Shown: positions 29,263-42,260, counted from the stretch's first letter. The stretch: 64,000 bases of DNA from the human T2T-CHM13v2.0 reference genome, Homo sapiens (GCF_009914755.1 NC_060947.1); one strand, 5' to 3'. Notes: a model not told the origin generated them from the sequence alone. A program made the numbers and translations.

Positions 29263-30237
29263 TACATAGAGCCATCAAAAGTCCGGATGGATTATATTCA
29301 ATTCTTTGAATGCAGTGCAGTGTCCAAAGGCAGTGACTGCACTTCCTAGTGGATGTACTCAGCTGCAGATCTGGGATCTGGCTAGCTTGGACACAAAGCA
29401 GCCTGTTAACATCCAGCACATGACTTCTCAGTGCTGACCTCTGGTGATTGAATCTCAGCTATGTAGTCTTACATAGATTTATTGGTCTCCTGCCCAGGTT
29501 ACATTGTGGGGTTGGATGACTGTAAAGATCTTAGGGCCTGATGACTTTAAAAATTGGGGCCATCTCTATTGTTCCTGATACTCTGGTTTCTCTTTCACTT
29601 AATACTCAAGCTTCATGAAATGATAATTGTATGCACAATTTTTACTTCTCCAAATCTCTATATCTGACTGATTGTGGTCATTTTTTTCCTCAATGGCTGA
29701 GTACCTTGGACCTCCCTGTTCTTCCTGCTGGCTCTTGTATCTCATGGTCCAATGTCCTTTAAAAACCTGCTGTACTAGAGAAATTATAAATGATCTAAAA
29801 TTAAGGTTTTATTTACTGAAAAAGACTTCATGTATATGTTAGCAAGCATGTTTTATCAGGATTTAACAAGGTTTCAAACCACAGGTCTCTTGGATCTGTT
29901 ACCCCCAAATCCTGCTTCCTAGTTGGCTACTAATGTGTAAAGCTGACCTGTGTTCACATAGCATGACTGGAGCTTCTAATACTAGAATGCAACAAAAGGG
30001 TAGAAACACTGAAAGAGAATCAGAAAACTTGTATTTGACATAAAACATAACCACAGTCAAGTTTCATACACAGACTCATTATTATCAATATATTGTCTTT
30101 CAGTAGCAGTCATGGGCAAACCTTTATGTGTAATTTTGCCCATCTCAGTAAGGCTCAGCAATACCATTTTGATAAAACAGCCTACTTTCACTGGATAGGA
30201 TTAATCACAATGTCATCTTTACCTTTCAGAAGACTAC

Positions 30238-30416
30238 AGAATGTGAGAGTCTGTAGTGAACTTATAGATCACCTAGTTCTACTCTCTTATTTTACATATG
30301 TGGAAGCTGAGGCCCAGAGAGAATTGGCTTGTACAGGGCTACACAGTTAACATAAGACTTAAAAGCCCAGTCTCTGGACTCCCGGACTTGATATTCTTCT
30401 ACTTTGCCACACTGCT
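30238..30416 (-). mobile_element. MIR3-like SINE
   Basis: tagatcacctagttcta...attttacatatgtggaagctgaggcccagagag...cacagtta...actttgccacactgct. Confidence 0.7.
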
Positions 30417-31230
30417 AGGGGCTATCATCTAAAACCAAGCCTGATGAAATGAATATTTATTTTCCCATTTTCATTGAGTTTTTCCTCTATGATCCTCTAA
30501 GAAAATTAGTTATCAGATTTTAGCTGAATTACGTTTGACAGTACATAAAATTATGTCTACTTCACTCAGCCTTATAACTAGGTTATAACCTGGTTATAAC
30601 CAGTCTCGAAATGACTATAGAAAAAAAAAAGGTAAATATTGGCCATTTTCTTTCAAAATGTCTCTGTTGATCCCACTGCCCAAAGATGAAGTCATGAGGC
30701 ACTATAAAAAATCTGCATGCTTTTTGACAGGTGATTACTCAGAGTGCAGTCTATAAGAAAAGACACTGGGGAGGGCAAAACTTACACCTAGAAACTCATC
30801 ACTAACAGACTAGCAAGACATGACTAAATAAATTGAGAAGTTGTTCAAGACCAGATATTTCCAGAAGATGGCAGTATAAGGAAGGTCTGAATTCAAAGGG
30901 AATTGAAAATTAGATTTAAAAATGCAATGTTTCATTTCATAAGTCTAGTTTTAAGACAGAACCATGCAACTAAAACTTGTATAAAAACAACAGGCACTGA
31001 TGTGACAAATTAACATAGGTCACCACTGTGAGATTTAGTAGGCAATGGCTATATGGCATTTTAAAAGAAATAGTGATACAAAATACACCCTGTAAACTTT
31101 GTTGTAAACACTTCTAAGAAGTCAATAGTGTGTGGTTAAATTAACAGTAAGATGATTTAAATTTTCAGAGGAAGGCTCTAAAGTTATTATATGTGAGTAG
31201 ACATGCACAGAGTTCATAATGACATCCAAC

Positions 31231-33290
31231 TTTTTTTCTTTGAAGTATTTCTAAAAATAATTCCAGTTGTATTTTAGATTCAGAGGATACATGTGCAGGT
31301 TTGCGACATTGGTATATTGTGTAATGCTGAGGTTTGGGATACGAATGATTCCATCACCCAGAGAGTGAGCACAGACCCAACAGTTAATTTTTTTACCCTT
31401 GCCCCCTTCTTTATTTCCCCCTCTATTAGTTCCTAGTGTGTACTGTTGCCATCGTTATGTCCATGAGTAACTAACATTTAGCTCCCACTTATAAATGGGA
31501 ACATGTGGTATTTAGATTTCTTTTCCACTGTTAATTAGCTCAGGATAATGGCCTTCAGGTGCATCCATGTTGCTGCAAAGGACATGGTTTTGTTCTTTTT
31601 ATGGCTGCATAGTATTCCATGGTGTATATGTACCACATTTTCTTTACTCAATCCAGTGTTGATGGGCCCCTAGGTTAATTCCATGTATTTGCTATTGTGA
31701 ATAGTGCTGAAATGAACATACAAGTTTATGTGTCTTTTTGGTAGAATGATTTATTTTCCTTTGGGCATATATATAGTAACAGGATTGTTGGGTCAAAGGT
31801 AGTTCTGCTATAAGTTCTTTGAGAAATTTCTAAACTGCTTTCCACAGTGGCTGAACTAATTCACATTCCAACCAACAGTGCATAAGCATTCCATTATCTT
31901 TGCAACCCCACCAACATCTTTTTTTGTCTTTTTCTTTTACTATTTAATAGAAGCCATACTGACAGGTGTGAGATGGTATTTCATTGTGGCTTTGATTTGC
32001 ATTTCTCTGATGATTAGCAATGTTAAAGCATTGTTTTCATGTGGTTTTTGGCCACTTGTGTGTGTTCTTCAGAGAAGTGTCTATTCATGTATTTTGCCCA
32101 TTTTTAATGGGGTTATTGGGGTTTTTTGATTGTCGAATTGTTTAAGTTCCTTATAGATTCTGGATATTAGACCTTTGTCAGATGCATAGTTTAAATATAT
32201 TTTCTCCCATTATGTAGGTTGTTTCTGTTTATTCTGTTGATTGTTTCTTTTGTGGTGAGAAGCTCTTTAGTTTAATTAGGTCTCACTTGCCAATTTTTGT
32301 TTTTCTTGCAATTGCTTTTGAGTATTTAGTTATAAATTCTTTCCCAAGGCCAATGTCCAGAACGGTGTCTCCTAGATTTTCATATAGAATTGTTATAGTT
32401 TGAGGTCTTAGATTTAAATCATTAATCCATATTGAGTTAATTTTTGTATATGGTGAAAGATAAGGATCCAGTTTTATTCTTCTGCATATGACTAGCTAGC
32501 TATCCCAGCACCATTTATTAAATGGAGAGTCCTTTCCCCATGGCTTACTTTTTCCCAACTTTGTCTACGATCATGTGGCTATAGGTGTTCAGCTTTATTT
32601 CTGGGTTCTCTATTCTGTTTCATTGGTCTATTTGTCTGTTTTTATAGCAGGATCATGCTGAGTTGGTTACTGTGGCCTTATAGTATAGTTTGAAGTCATG
32701 TAATGGGATGCCTCTGGCTTTGTTCTTTTTGCTGGGAATTGCTTTGGATTTCAGGCTCTTTTTTGGTTCCATATGAATTATAAACCAGGTTTTCCTGATT
32801 CTGTGAAAATGATGTTGGTGGTTTGATAAAAATAGCATTAAATCTGTAGCTTGCTTTGGGCAATGTTGTTATTTTAATGATATTGATTCTTCATATCCAT
32901 GATCGTGGAATGCTTTTCTATTTGTGCCATCTATAATTTTCTTCAGCAGTTTTCTTTGGTTCAGCTTGTACAGTCCTTTCAATTCCTTGGGTAGATGTAT
33001 TCCTAGGCTTTTTTTTTTTTGTGGCTACTGTAAATGGGATTGCTTTCATTGTTATCGATTTCAGTCTCAGCTTGAATGTTGTTGGTGTATAAAAATACTA
33101 CTGATTTTTGTACATTGATTTTGTGTTCCAAAATTTTACAGAGGTCGTTTATCTTTTCCATCAGTTCCAGGAGTCTTCTGGCAGTCATTAGTGTTTTCTA
33201 GGCATAGAATGAGATCTTCGGTGAAGAGATATTAGATTTCTTCTTCTTTTTTTTTTTCCAGTTAGGATGCTTTCATTTTTTCTTTTCAGA
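31231..33290 (-). mobile_element. L1PA15/16-like 3' ~2 kb
   Basis: Antisense 3'UTR gctgaggtttgggatacgaatgattccatcacccag...gtgagcac, followed by decayed ORF2 as far as the RT region. Confidence 0.88.
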
Positions 33291-33354
33291 TGCCAGTAGG
33301 CTTTCACCATATTAACATTTATTGCTTTTTTCTGTGATTATTATATATGGTTGG

Positions 33355-36300
33355 TTTGTTCTTTTCTTTCTTTTTTTAACTTCTAAATTTAGATGTCAGA
33401 GTTACATGTGCAGGTTTGTTACGTAGGTAAACATGTGTCGTGAGATTTTTTGGTACAGATTATTACATCACCCAGGTATTATGACTAGTACCCATTAGTT
33501 ATTTTTCCTGATCCTCTCTCTCCTCCCACCTTCCACCCTCTGATAGGACCCACTGTGTGTTGTTGCCCTCTATGTGTTCTCATCATTTAGCTCCCACTTA
33601 TAAGTGAGAACATGCAGTATTTGGTTTTCTGTTGCTGCGGTAGTTTGTGGAAGATAATGGCCTCCAGCTTCATCCATGTTCCTGAAAAGGAAATGATTTC
33701 ATTCTTTTTTATATCTGCATAATATCCCATGGTGTATATATGCCACAATTTCTTTATCCAGTCTATCACTGGTGGACATTTAAGTTGATTCCATGTCTTT
33801 GTTATTGTGAATAGTTCTGCAATGAGCATATGCAAGCATGTGTTTTCATAATAGAACAACTTATATTCCTTTGGATATATACCCAGTAATTAGATTGCTG
33901 GGTTGAATGGTATTTCTGCCTCTAAGGTCTTTGAGGAATCACCACACTGTATTTTACAATGGCTGTACTAATTTACACTCCCACCAACAGTGTATAAGTG
34001 TTCCTTTTTCTCCACAACCTTACGGGCAGCTGTTATTTTTTGACTTTTTAATAATAGTCATTCTGACTGATGTGAGATGGTATCTCATTATGGTTTTGAC
34101 TTGCATTTCTCTAATGATGAGTGATGTTGAGCTTTTTTTCATATGCTTGTTTGCCTCATGTATGTCTTCTTTTGAGAAGTGTCTGTTCATATCATTTGCC
34201 CACTTTTTAAAGGGGTGGTTTGTTTTTCTCTTGTAAATGTGGTTAAGTCCCTTATCGATAATGGATATTAGACCTCTCTCAGATGCATAGTTTGAAAAAC
34301 TTTTTTCCCATTCTGTAGGTTGTCTGTTTACTCTGTTGAGAGTTTCTTTTGCCATGCAGAAGCTTGTTAGCTTTAACTATATTCCATTTTTCAATGTTTG
34401 CTTTTGTTGCATTTGCTTTTGGCATCTTCATCATGAAATAATTGCCTGTGCCTGCATCCTGAATGGTATTGTCTAGATTGTTTTCAGAATTTTTATAGTT
34501 TGGGATTTATATTTAAGTCATTAATACATTTTGAGTTAATTTTTGTATATGGTGTAAGGAAGGGGTCCAGGTTCAACCTTCTGCACATGGCTAGTCAGTT
34601 ATTCCAGCACCACTTATTGAATAGGGAATGTTTTCCCCATTGCTTGTTTTTGTAACGTTTGTTGAAGATCAGATTCTTGTAGGTGTGTGGTCTTATTTTT
34701 GGTTTCTCTATACTGCTCCATTGGTCTATGTGTCTGTTCTTGTACCAGTATCATGTTGTTTTGGTTACTGTGGCCCTGTAGTATAGTTTGAAGTCAGGTA
34801 GAGTGATGCTTCCAGTTTTGTTCTTTTTACTTAGGATTGCCTTGGATATTTGGGCTCTTTTTTGGTTTCATGTAAATTTTAAAATAGTTTTTCTAGTTGT
34901 GTGAAGAATGTCAATGGCAGTTTAATAGAAATAGCATTGAATCTATAAATTAATTTGGGCTGTATGACCATTTTCATTATATTGATTCTTCATATCCATG
35001 AGCATGGAATGTTTTTCCATTTGTTTGTGTCATCTCTGATTTCTTTGAGCAGTGGTTTGTAGTTCCCCTTGTAGAGATCTTTCACCTCCCTTGTTAGCTG
35101 CATTCCTAAGTATTTTATTCTTTCTGTGTCAGTTGTGAATGGGAATTCATTTCTAATTTTGAGCTCAGCTTGGCTGTTTTTGGTGTATAGGAATGCTAGC
35201 AATTTATGCACATTGATTTTGTGTCCTGAGACTTTACTGAAGTTGCTTATTAGCTTAAGAAGATTTTGGGCTCAGATGATGGGATTTTCTAGATAGAGAA
35301 TCATGTTGTCTACAAATAGGGATAGTTTGAATTCCTCTCTTTCTATTTGGATGCCTTTTATTTCTTTCTCTTGCCTGATTGCCCTGACGAGAACTTCCAA
35401 TACTATGTTGAATAGGAATGGTGAGAGAGGGCATCCCTGTCTTGTGCCAGTTTTCAAAGGGAATGCTTCCACCTTCTGACCATTCAGTATAATGTGGGCT
35501 GTGGGTTTGTCATACATGACTCTTATTATTTTGAGGTATGGTCTTTCAATACCTAGTTTATTGGGAATTTTTAACTTAAAGGAATGCTGAACTTTTTAGA
35601 AAGCCTTTTCTGCATCTATTGAGATAATCACATGGTTTTTGTCTTTAGTTCTGTTTATGTGATGAATCACATTTATTGATTTGTGTATGTTGAATGAACC
35701 TTGCATCTCAAGAATGAAGCCTACTTTATCATGGTGGATAAGCTTTTTGATGTGTGGCTGGATTCCATTTGCCAGTATTTTGTTGAGGATTTTTGCATCA
35801 ATGTTCATCAATGATATTGGCTTGGAGATTTTCTTTTCTGTTGTATCTCTGCCAGGTTAGGGAGGAGTCCCTGCTTTTCAATTTTTTGGAATAGTTTCAG
35901 TAAGAATGGTGCCGTCTCTTCTCTCTACGTATGGTAGAATTCAGCTGTGACTCTGTCTGGTCCTAGGCTTTTGTTCATTGGTAAGCTATTTATCACCGCA
36001 TAAATTTCAGAACTGGTCTGGTCAGGGATTCAATTTTTTCCTGGTTCAGTCTTGGAAGGGTATATTTGTCCAGGTTTATCAATATCTTGTAGATTTTCTA
36101 GTTTATGTGCATAGAAGTGTTTATAATATTCTCTCATGATTGTATTTTTTGTGTGTCAGTGGTAATATCTGTTTTATCATTTCTGATTGTGCTTATTTGA
36201 ATCTTCTCTCTTTTTTATTAGCCTAACTACAGTCTATCTATTTTATAAATTTTCTCAAAATGCCAGCTCCTGGATTTCTTCAAATTTTCAATAGTTTTTT

Positions 36301-36444
36301 GTGTGGGTCTCTACCTCCTTCAGTTCAGCTCTAATTTTGGTTATTTCTTGTGTTCTGCTAGCTTTGGTGTTTGTTTTGTCTTGGTTCTCTAGTTCTTTTT
36401 GTTGTCACATTAGGCTGTTAACTTGAAATCTTTCTAACATTTTC
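33355..36444 (-). mobile_element. L1PA13/14-like, 5'-truncated, 3.1 kb
   Basis: T-rich tail, then 3'UTR tacagattattacatcacccaggtatta...cccattagttatttttcctgatcctctc. ORF2 fragments appear in the track ([26 protein letters not shown]). Confidence 0.88.
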
Positions 36445-38030
36445 TGCTAGCTTTGAAATCAGGTTTTTGTTTGTTGTTGTTCCTCTAGGTGGGATGTTAG
36501 ATGGTTGACGGTTAATTTGAGACTTATCCAACTTCTTTAGGTAGGCTTTTACACTATAAACTTTCACCTTAACATGCTTTTGCTGACTTTCAGAGATTTT
36601 GGTATGTTGTGTCTCTGTTTTCATTTATTTTAAAGATTTTTTTATTTCTGCCTTAATTTTATTGTTTACCCAAAAGTCATTCAGCAGCAAGTTGCTTAAT
36701 TTCTATGTAATTGTGGGGTTTTGAGAGATATTTTTGCAACTGAATTCTATTTTTATTCCACTGCAGACTGAGAATATGGTTGGTATGATTTAATATATTT
36801 TTTTAATTTTTTGGACTTCCTTTATGGCTGAGCATGTGGTTGATCTTGGAGTATGTTCTGTGTGCAGATGGGAAAAATGTATATTCTGTGGTTGATGGGT
36901 GGTGTATTCTGTAGCTGTCTATTATGTCCAATTGGTCAAGTGTCATAGTTTTGTCCAGAAATTTTTGGTAGTTTTCTGCCTCAGCAATCTGTGCTACCCT
37001 ATCAGTGGAGTGTTGAAGCCCCCACTATTATTGTTTTGCCGTCTTGATTGTCTGAGTGTTTTGTAGGTGTAGAAGTACTTGTTTTATGAATCTGGGTGAC
37101 CAAATGTTGGCTGTATTTATACCTTATCTTATATAAGAGTGGAAACTCTTGCTTCTTTTTGTTTTTGGTTTGCATGATAGATCTTTTTCCATCTCTTTAG
37201 TTTGACCTTATGGGTGTTGTAACTCGTGAGATGAGTCTCTTGATGATAATAGACAAATAAGTCTTGTTTTTTGTCCAATTTACCCCTGTGTCTTTTAACT
37301 GGGTCATTTAGACTCTTTACAATATGGGTTATTACTGATATGTGAGGTTTTGATCCTATCATGACATTGCTAGATGATTGCTTCGGGTTCCTATTAGTGG
37401 TTGCTTTATAGGGTCTGTGGGCTAGGTACATAAGTGTGCTTTTGTAGTAGCAGGGATCTTTCTTTCAATTCCATGTTAGAACCCCCTTAAGGGTCTTTTG
37501 TAAGGCTGGATTAATGGCAACAAATTCCCTTAGCGCTTGCTTGTCTAGAGCAGGTTTTCTTTATCCTTTGCTCATGCAGCTTAGTTTGGAAGGATATTAA
37601 ATTCTGGGTTGAAATTTCTTCTTTTTAAGAATGCGGAAAATAGGCCCACAATCTCTTCTAGCTTGTAAGTTTTCTGCTGAATCATCCTCTGTTCACCTTA
37701 TCAGATTCCCTTTGTATGTGATCTGACCTTTTTCTCTAGCTGCCTTTAAGATTTTGTCTTTGGCATTGACCTTAGACAGTATACTGACTATATGTCTTGG
37801 TGATAATAGATTTTTATAATATCTCAAAGGGGTTCTCTGTATTTCTTATATCTGGATGTCTATCACCCTGGAAAGATTAGGAAAATGTTCTTGAATTATT
37901 TCCTCAAATATGTTTTCCAATTTGTTTACCTTTTCTCCTTCTCTTTCAGGAATGTAAATAATTCATAGGTTTTGTCACTTTACATAATCCCATATTGCAC
38001 AAAGACTTTGTGCATGTTTTAAATTCTTTT
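36445..38030 (-). mobile_element. L1PA15/16-like ORF1 3' half plus ORF2 endonuclease region
   Basis: Antisense ORF1 C-terminal and EN sequence. It repeats ~90 bp of L1 consensus already covered by the adjacent copy, so it is a separate element. Confidence 0.8.
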
Positions 38031-40900
38031 CTCAGGCAGCCCCCACTCCTGCTGACCTCAGGCTTAGGAGGAAGTGAGGAGCTTAGGGACAATCATGGGC
38101 CTCCAGCACAGTGTACCTGCCTTTTGGAAAAGTAATCAGACTATTTTCCACATGGGTCCCTGCCTCCACTACTTCTCACTGGGTGGGACCTCCTGGCCTG
38201 GGAGCCCAGACACCTCGCCCCCACTTGAGCTCTTGAGCCAGTATAAGCTCTGCATTTCCCTGGGACAGAGATCCCAGAGGTAGCAAGCAGGCTACCACTC
38301 CATAGCCCCCATCCCTGCTTCCATTAGGCTCAGGAGGGAGCGAAGAGCTTAGGACTACTGTAGGCCTCCAGCACAGTACAGCTGCCCTATGGAAAAGTTG
38401 CCAGACTGCTTTCCATATGGGTTCCTGCCTTTTTTATTCCTCACTGGGCATGACCTCTCTACCTGGGCCCCCAGCACAACTGCCTTGTCCCCACCTGAAC
38501 ATTTCTGTTGGTGGGAGCTCTGCATTTCTATGAAAATGAAATACCAGAGACAACCCATAGCCCCTCTGCCATTGCAGCCGCAGCAGTACCACCTTTACTG
38601 CTATTGGCCTGGGGAAGAAACAAAGGGTCTGGTTGTTTTTCTGGCACATCCAGCATGCCACAACCTCCCATGGAGAGTATCTCCATTTTTCTTCTCTGTA
38701 GGTCCCCACCCCCTACACATCAACAGGCAGAGCTCCTGGTTCAGACTCACAGAGCAGCTGCCCCACTCTCAGCTAAACATTCCTACTGGCAGTGGCTCTG
38801 TGTTTCCCTGTAGTGGAGCTTCCAGAGGCAACTGACAACCCCTCTGACACTACCACTGCAGTGGTACTGCCTTTGCTGTACTCAGACTGAAGAAGGAACA
38901 AGGAGCCTGAGTGCCTTACTCACACCTCCAGCATGCCACAGAGGTGAGCTCACTCATCCTCTCTGCCCTGTGAGTCCCTGACCCCCTACTCATTATCAGG
39001 CAGGGCCCCAGGCTTGGGCCCACAGTGCAGCTTCCCCATCCCCCAGCTGAAAATTCTCATTGGCAGCAACTTTGCATTTCTCTTTGGTAGAGTTCCCAGA
39101 AGCAACTGAAACTCCTCTGCCTCTGCCACTGCCACTGCAGTGGTACTGTCCTTGTTGCCCTCAGATTTGGGAAAGAATAGCCTGGTTTCTTTATTCACAC
39201 CTCCAACATGCTACAGCCACCCTAAGGAAAAGAGGCCAGTCTGTCTCTTTGTAAGCCTGCCCCCTGCTCCCTGCTAGTCACCAGGCAAGGTCTCCCCCAT
39301 CCCCCAGCTTGGGCCAGCAATACAGCTGCCCCACCCTGGGATGATCATTGTGATTGGCCGTGGCTCTGTATTTCTCTTGGGTAGATCACCAAGAAACAAA
39401 TAAAAGGCCATCTGCCATTGTCATTGCCAAGGTTTCTGCCCCTGCTGCTCCCAAGTGTGGGTGGTAACATAAAGCCTGAGCACAACCTAAGGCTGCAGTG
39501 TGCAGCTCAGGAGTGCCAAGCCATGATCTGCAGCCAACATTTGAGTGAGAGAAGAGCCCACACTCTCAGAGTACTGAGAGGGAGCACAGCTGTAATTGTG
39601 AGGAAATACAGAGGAGCGACATGGCTCAGCAAGTCTGCCTGGCAGCCATTATGCTTAAGTGTCATCTACTGGATCACACCCCAAACTTCAACACCAAAAA
39701 TACTTTCTTAATATAACGCCCTGTGAAGCCAAGGACAAGAATTAAGCCACAAATAATGACCTCACACAAAGCCAAAGCCCTCTGAAAACATCCAGAAATA
39801 AAGTCAATTGATTATACTCAAATTACACCACAGTTAAAGGAAAATCAGCCCACATATATGAGAAAGCACCAGTGCAAAAATTCTAGAAACCGTAAACGCC
39901 AGAGAATCTCCTTACCTCCTAATGACCACACTACCTCCCCAGCAATGTATCCTAATGAGAATAAAATGGCTGAAGTGAAAGACAGAATTCAGAATTTAGG
40001 TGGCAAGGAAGATTATTGAGATGCAGGAGAAAGTTGTAACTCATTCTAGGGAATCTAGTAAAACAATTCAAGAAATGAAAGCTGAAATGGCCATTTTAAG
40101 AAAGAACAAATCCAAGCTGATAGAGATGAATAGTTCACTACGCGGAAGTATTAACAGCTGAATAGACAAGGCTGAGAAAAGAATCTCAGAGCTTGAGGAC
40201 TGGTTCTTTGAATTAGTAAGACAAAAATAAATATTTTTAAAAAATGAACAAAGCCTCTGTGAAATACGAGATTATGTAAAGACAGCATATATATGACTTA
40301 TTGGCATCCCTGAAAGAGAAATAGAGAGAGCAAGCCACTTGGAAAATATTCTTGAGTTATACTGTTCACAAAAATTTCCCCAACCTTGCTAGAGAGGTCG
40401 ACATACAAATTCAAGAAATTCAAAGAACTCCTGTGAGATACTTTGCAAGATGACCATCCCCAAGACACATAGTCATCAGATTTTCCAAGGTCAACATGAA
40501 ATAAAAAATATTAAATATTAAAGGCAGCTAGAGAGAAAGGGCAGGTCGCATACAAAGGGAACTCCATCAGGCTAACAGTAGACATTTCAGCAGAAACCCT
40601 ACAAGCCAGAAGAGATTAGGAGCATACATTCAGCATCTTTCAAGAAAAGAAATGCCAACCAAGAATTTCATATCCAGCCAAACTAAGTTTCGGAAGCCAG
40701 GAAGAAACAGTATCCTTTTCAGACAAGCAAATGCTAAGGGAATTCATTACCACCAGGCCTGCCTTACAAGAGGTACTTAAGGGATTGCTAAACATGGAAA
40801 CAAAAGATCGTTATCTGGCACCACAGAAATACACTTAAGTACATAGTATACCCACACTATAAAGCAAAAGACACAACAAAAAAAGAAAACTTCAGGCCAG

Positions 40901-42260
40901 GTTGCTGGCAAGATGGCTGAATAGGAACAGCTCCGGTGTGTAGCTCCCAGCGAGACTGATGCAGAAGGGGAGTGATTTCTGCATTTCCAACTGAGGTACC
41001 CACTTCATCTCATTGGGACTGGTTGGACAGTGGATATAGCCCAAGGAAGGCGAGCCAAAGCAGGGTGGGGCATCACCTCACCTGGGAAGCATAAGGGGTC
41101 GAGGAACTCCATCTCTGAGCCAAGGGAAGCCATTAGGGACTGTACTGTGCACCCCAGCCCAGATACTGTGATTTACCCACAGTCTTCACAACCCACAGAC
41201 CAGGAGATTCCTTCTGGTGCCCACGACACCAGGGCCCTGGGTTTCTAGCACAAAACTGGGTGGCTGTTTGGACAGACACCAAGCTAGCAGCAGGAGTTTT
41301 TTGTCCATAACCCAGTGGGGTCTGGAATGCCAGCGAGGCAGAACCATTCACTCCCCTGAAAAGGAGGCTGAAACCAGGGAGCCAAGTAGTCTGGCTCTGT
41401 GGGTCCCACCTCCACAGAGCCCAGCAAGCTAAGATCCACTGGCTTGAAATCCTTGCTGCCAGCACAGCAGCAATCTGAGCTCTACCTGGGATGCTCGAGC
41501 TTGGTGGGGTGAGGGGCGTCCACCATTGCTGAGGCTTGAGTAGGCGGTCTTACCGCCACAGTGTAAACAAAGCCACTGGGAAGTTCAAACTGGGCGGAGC
41601 CCACCCCAGCTCAGCAAGGCCACTGCAGCCAGACTGTCTCCTCTCTGGGCAGGGCATCTCTGAAAAAAAAGCAACAGCCCCAGTCACTTAGAGATAAAGC
41701 CCCCACCTCCTTGGAACAGAGCACCTGGGGGAAGGGGCGGTTGTCGGCGCAGCTTCAGCAGACTTAAATGTCCCTACTTGGCAACTCTGAAGAGAGCAGC
41801 AGATCTACCAGCACACCGTTCACACTTTGATAAGGGACATACTGCCTCCTCAAGTGGATCCCTGACCCCCGTGTATCTTGACTGGGAGATACCTCCCAGT
41901 AGGGGCTGACAGACACCTTATACAAGAGAGCTGGTCTGGCATCTGACAGGTGACCCTCTGGGATGAAGCTCCCAGAGGAAGAAACAGGCAGCAATCTTTG
42001 TTGGTCTGCAGCCTCCGCTGGTGAAACCCAAGCAAACAGGGTGTGGAGCAGACCTCCAGCAAACTCCAGCAGACCTGCAGCTGAGGGGCCTGACTGTTAG
42101 AAGGAAAAGTAACAAACAGAAAGGCATAGTATCAACATCAACAAAAAGGACGTCCACTCAGAGACCCCATCTGAAGGTCACTGACTTCAAAGACCAAAGG
42201 TAGATAAATCCACGAAGATGGGGAGAAACCAGTGCAAAAAGGCTGAAAATTCCAAAACCC
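40901..42260 (+). mobile_element. L1PA7/8-type 5'UTR plus first ~14 codons of ORF1, no 3' part
   Basis: It starts gttgctggcaagatggctgaataggaacagctcc and has the ORF1 ATG at 42218. It is flanked by a perfect 17-bp repeat agaaaacttcaggccag (40884-40900, 42261-42277). Confidence 0.92.

Larger units (their letters stand above)
27945..29780 (-). mobile_element. Fossil Ty3/Gypsy pol (integrase, probably with the RNaseH-integrase linker), split by MLT1C and Tigger4a
   Basis: Minus-strand motifs in the correct order: WEHIVGLDLMPDLS (28497-28456), VVDALIQKANFIPY (28393-28352), FWKA, KSTHHPQTYAQTECILEKYF (28238-28179), SIQMTSYCNNHGFH. The 29267-29780 part is weaker (EKPEYQ). Confidence 0.75.

Noticed and set aside
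38035-39450. Regularly spaced repeats as a CRISPR-like array
   Set aside because: Eukaryotic context. Whole ~280-bp units are homologous with no unique spacers; these are L1 5'UTR monomers.
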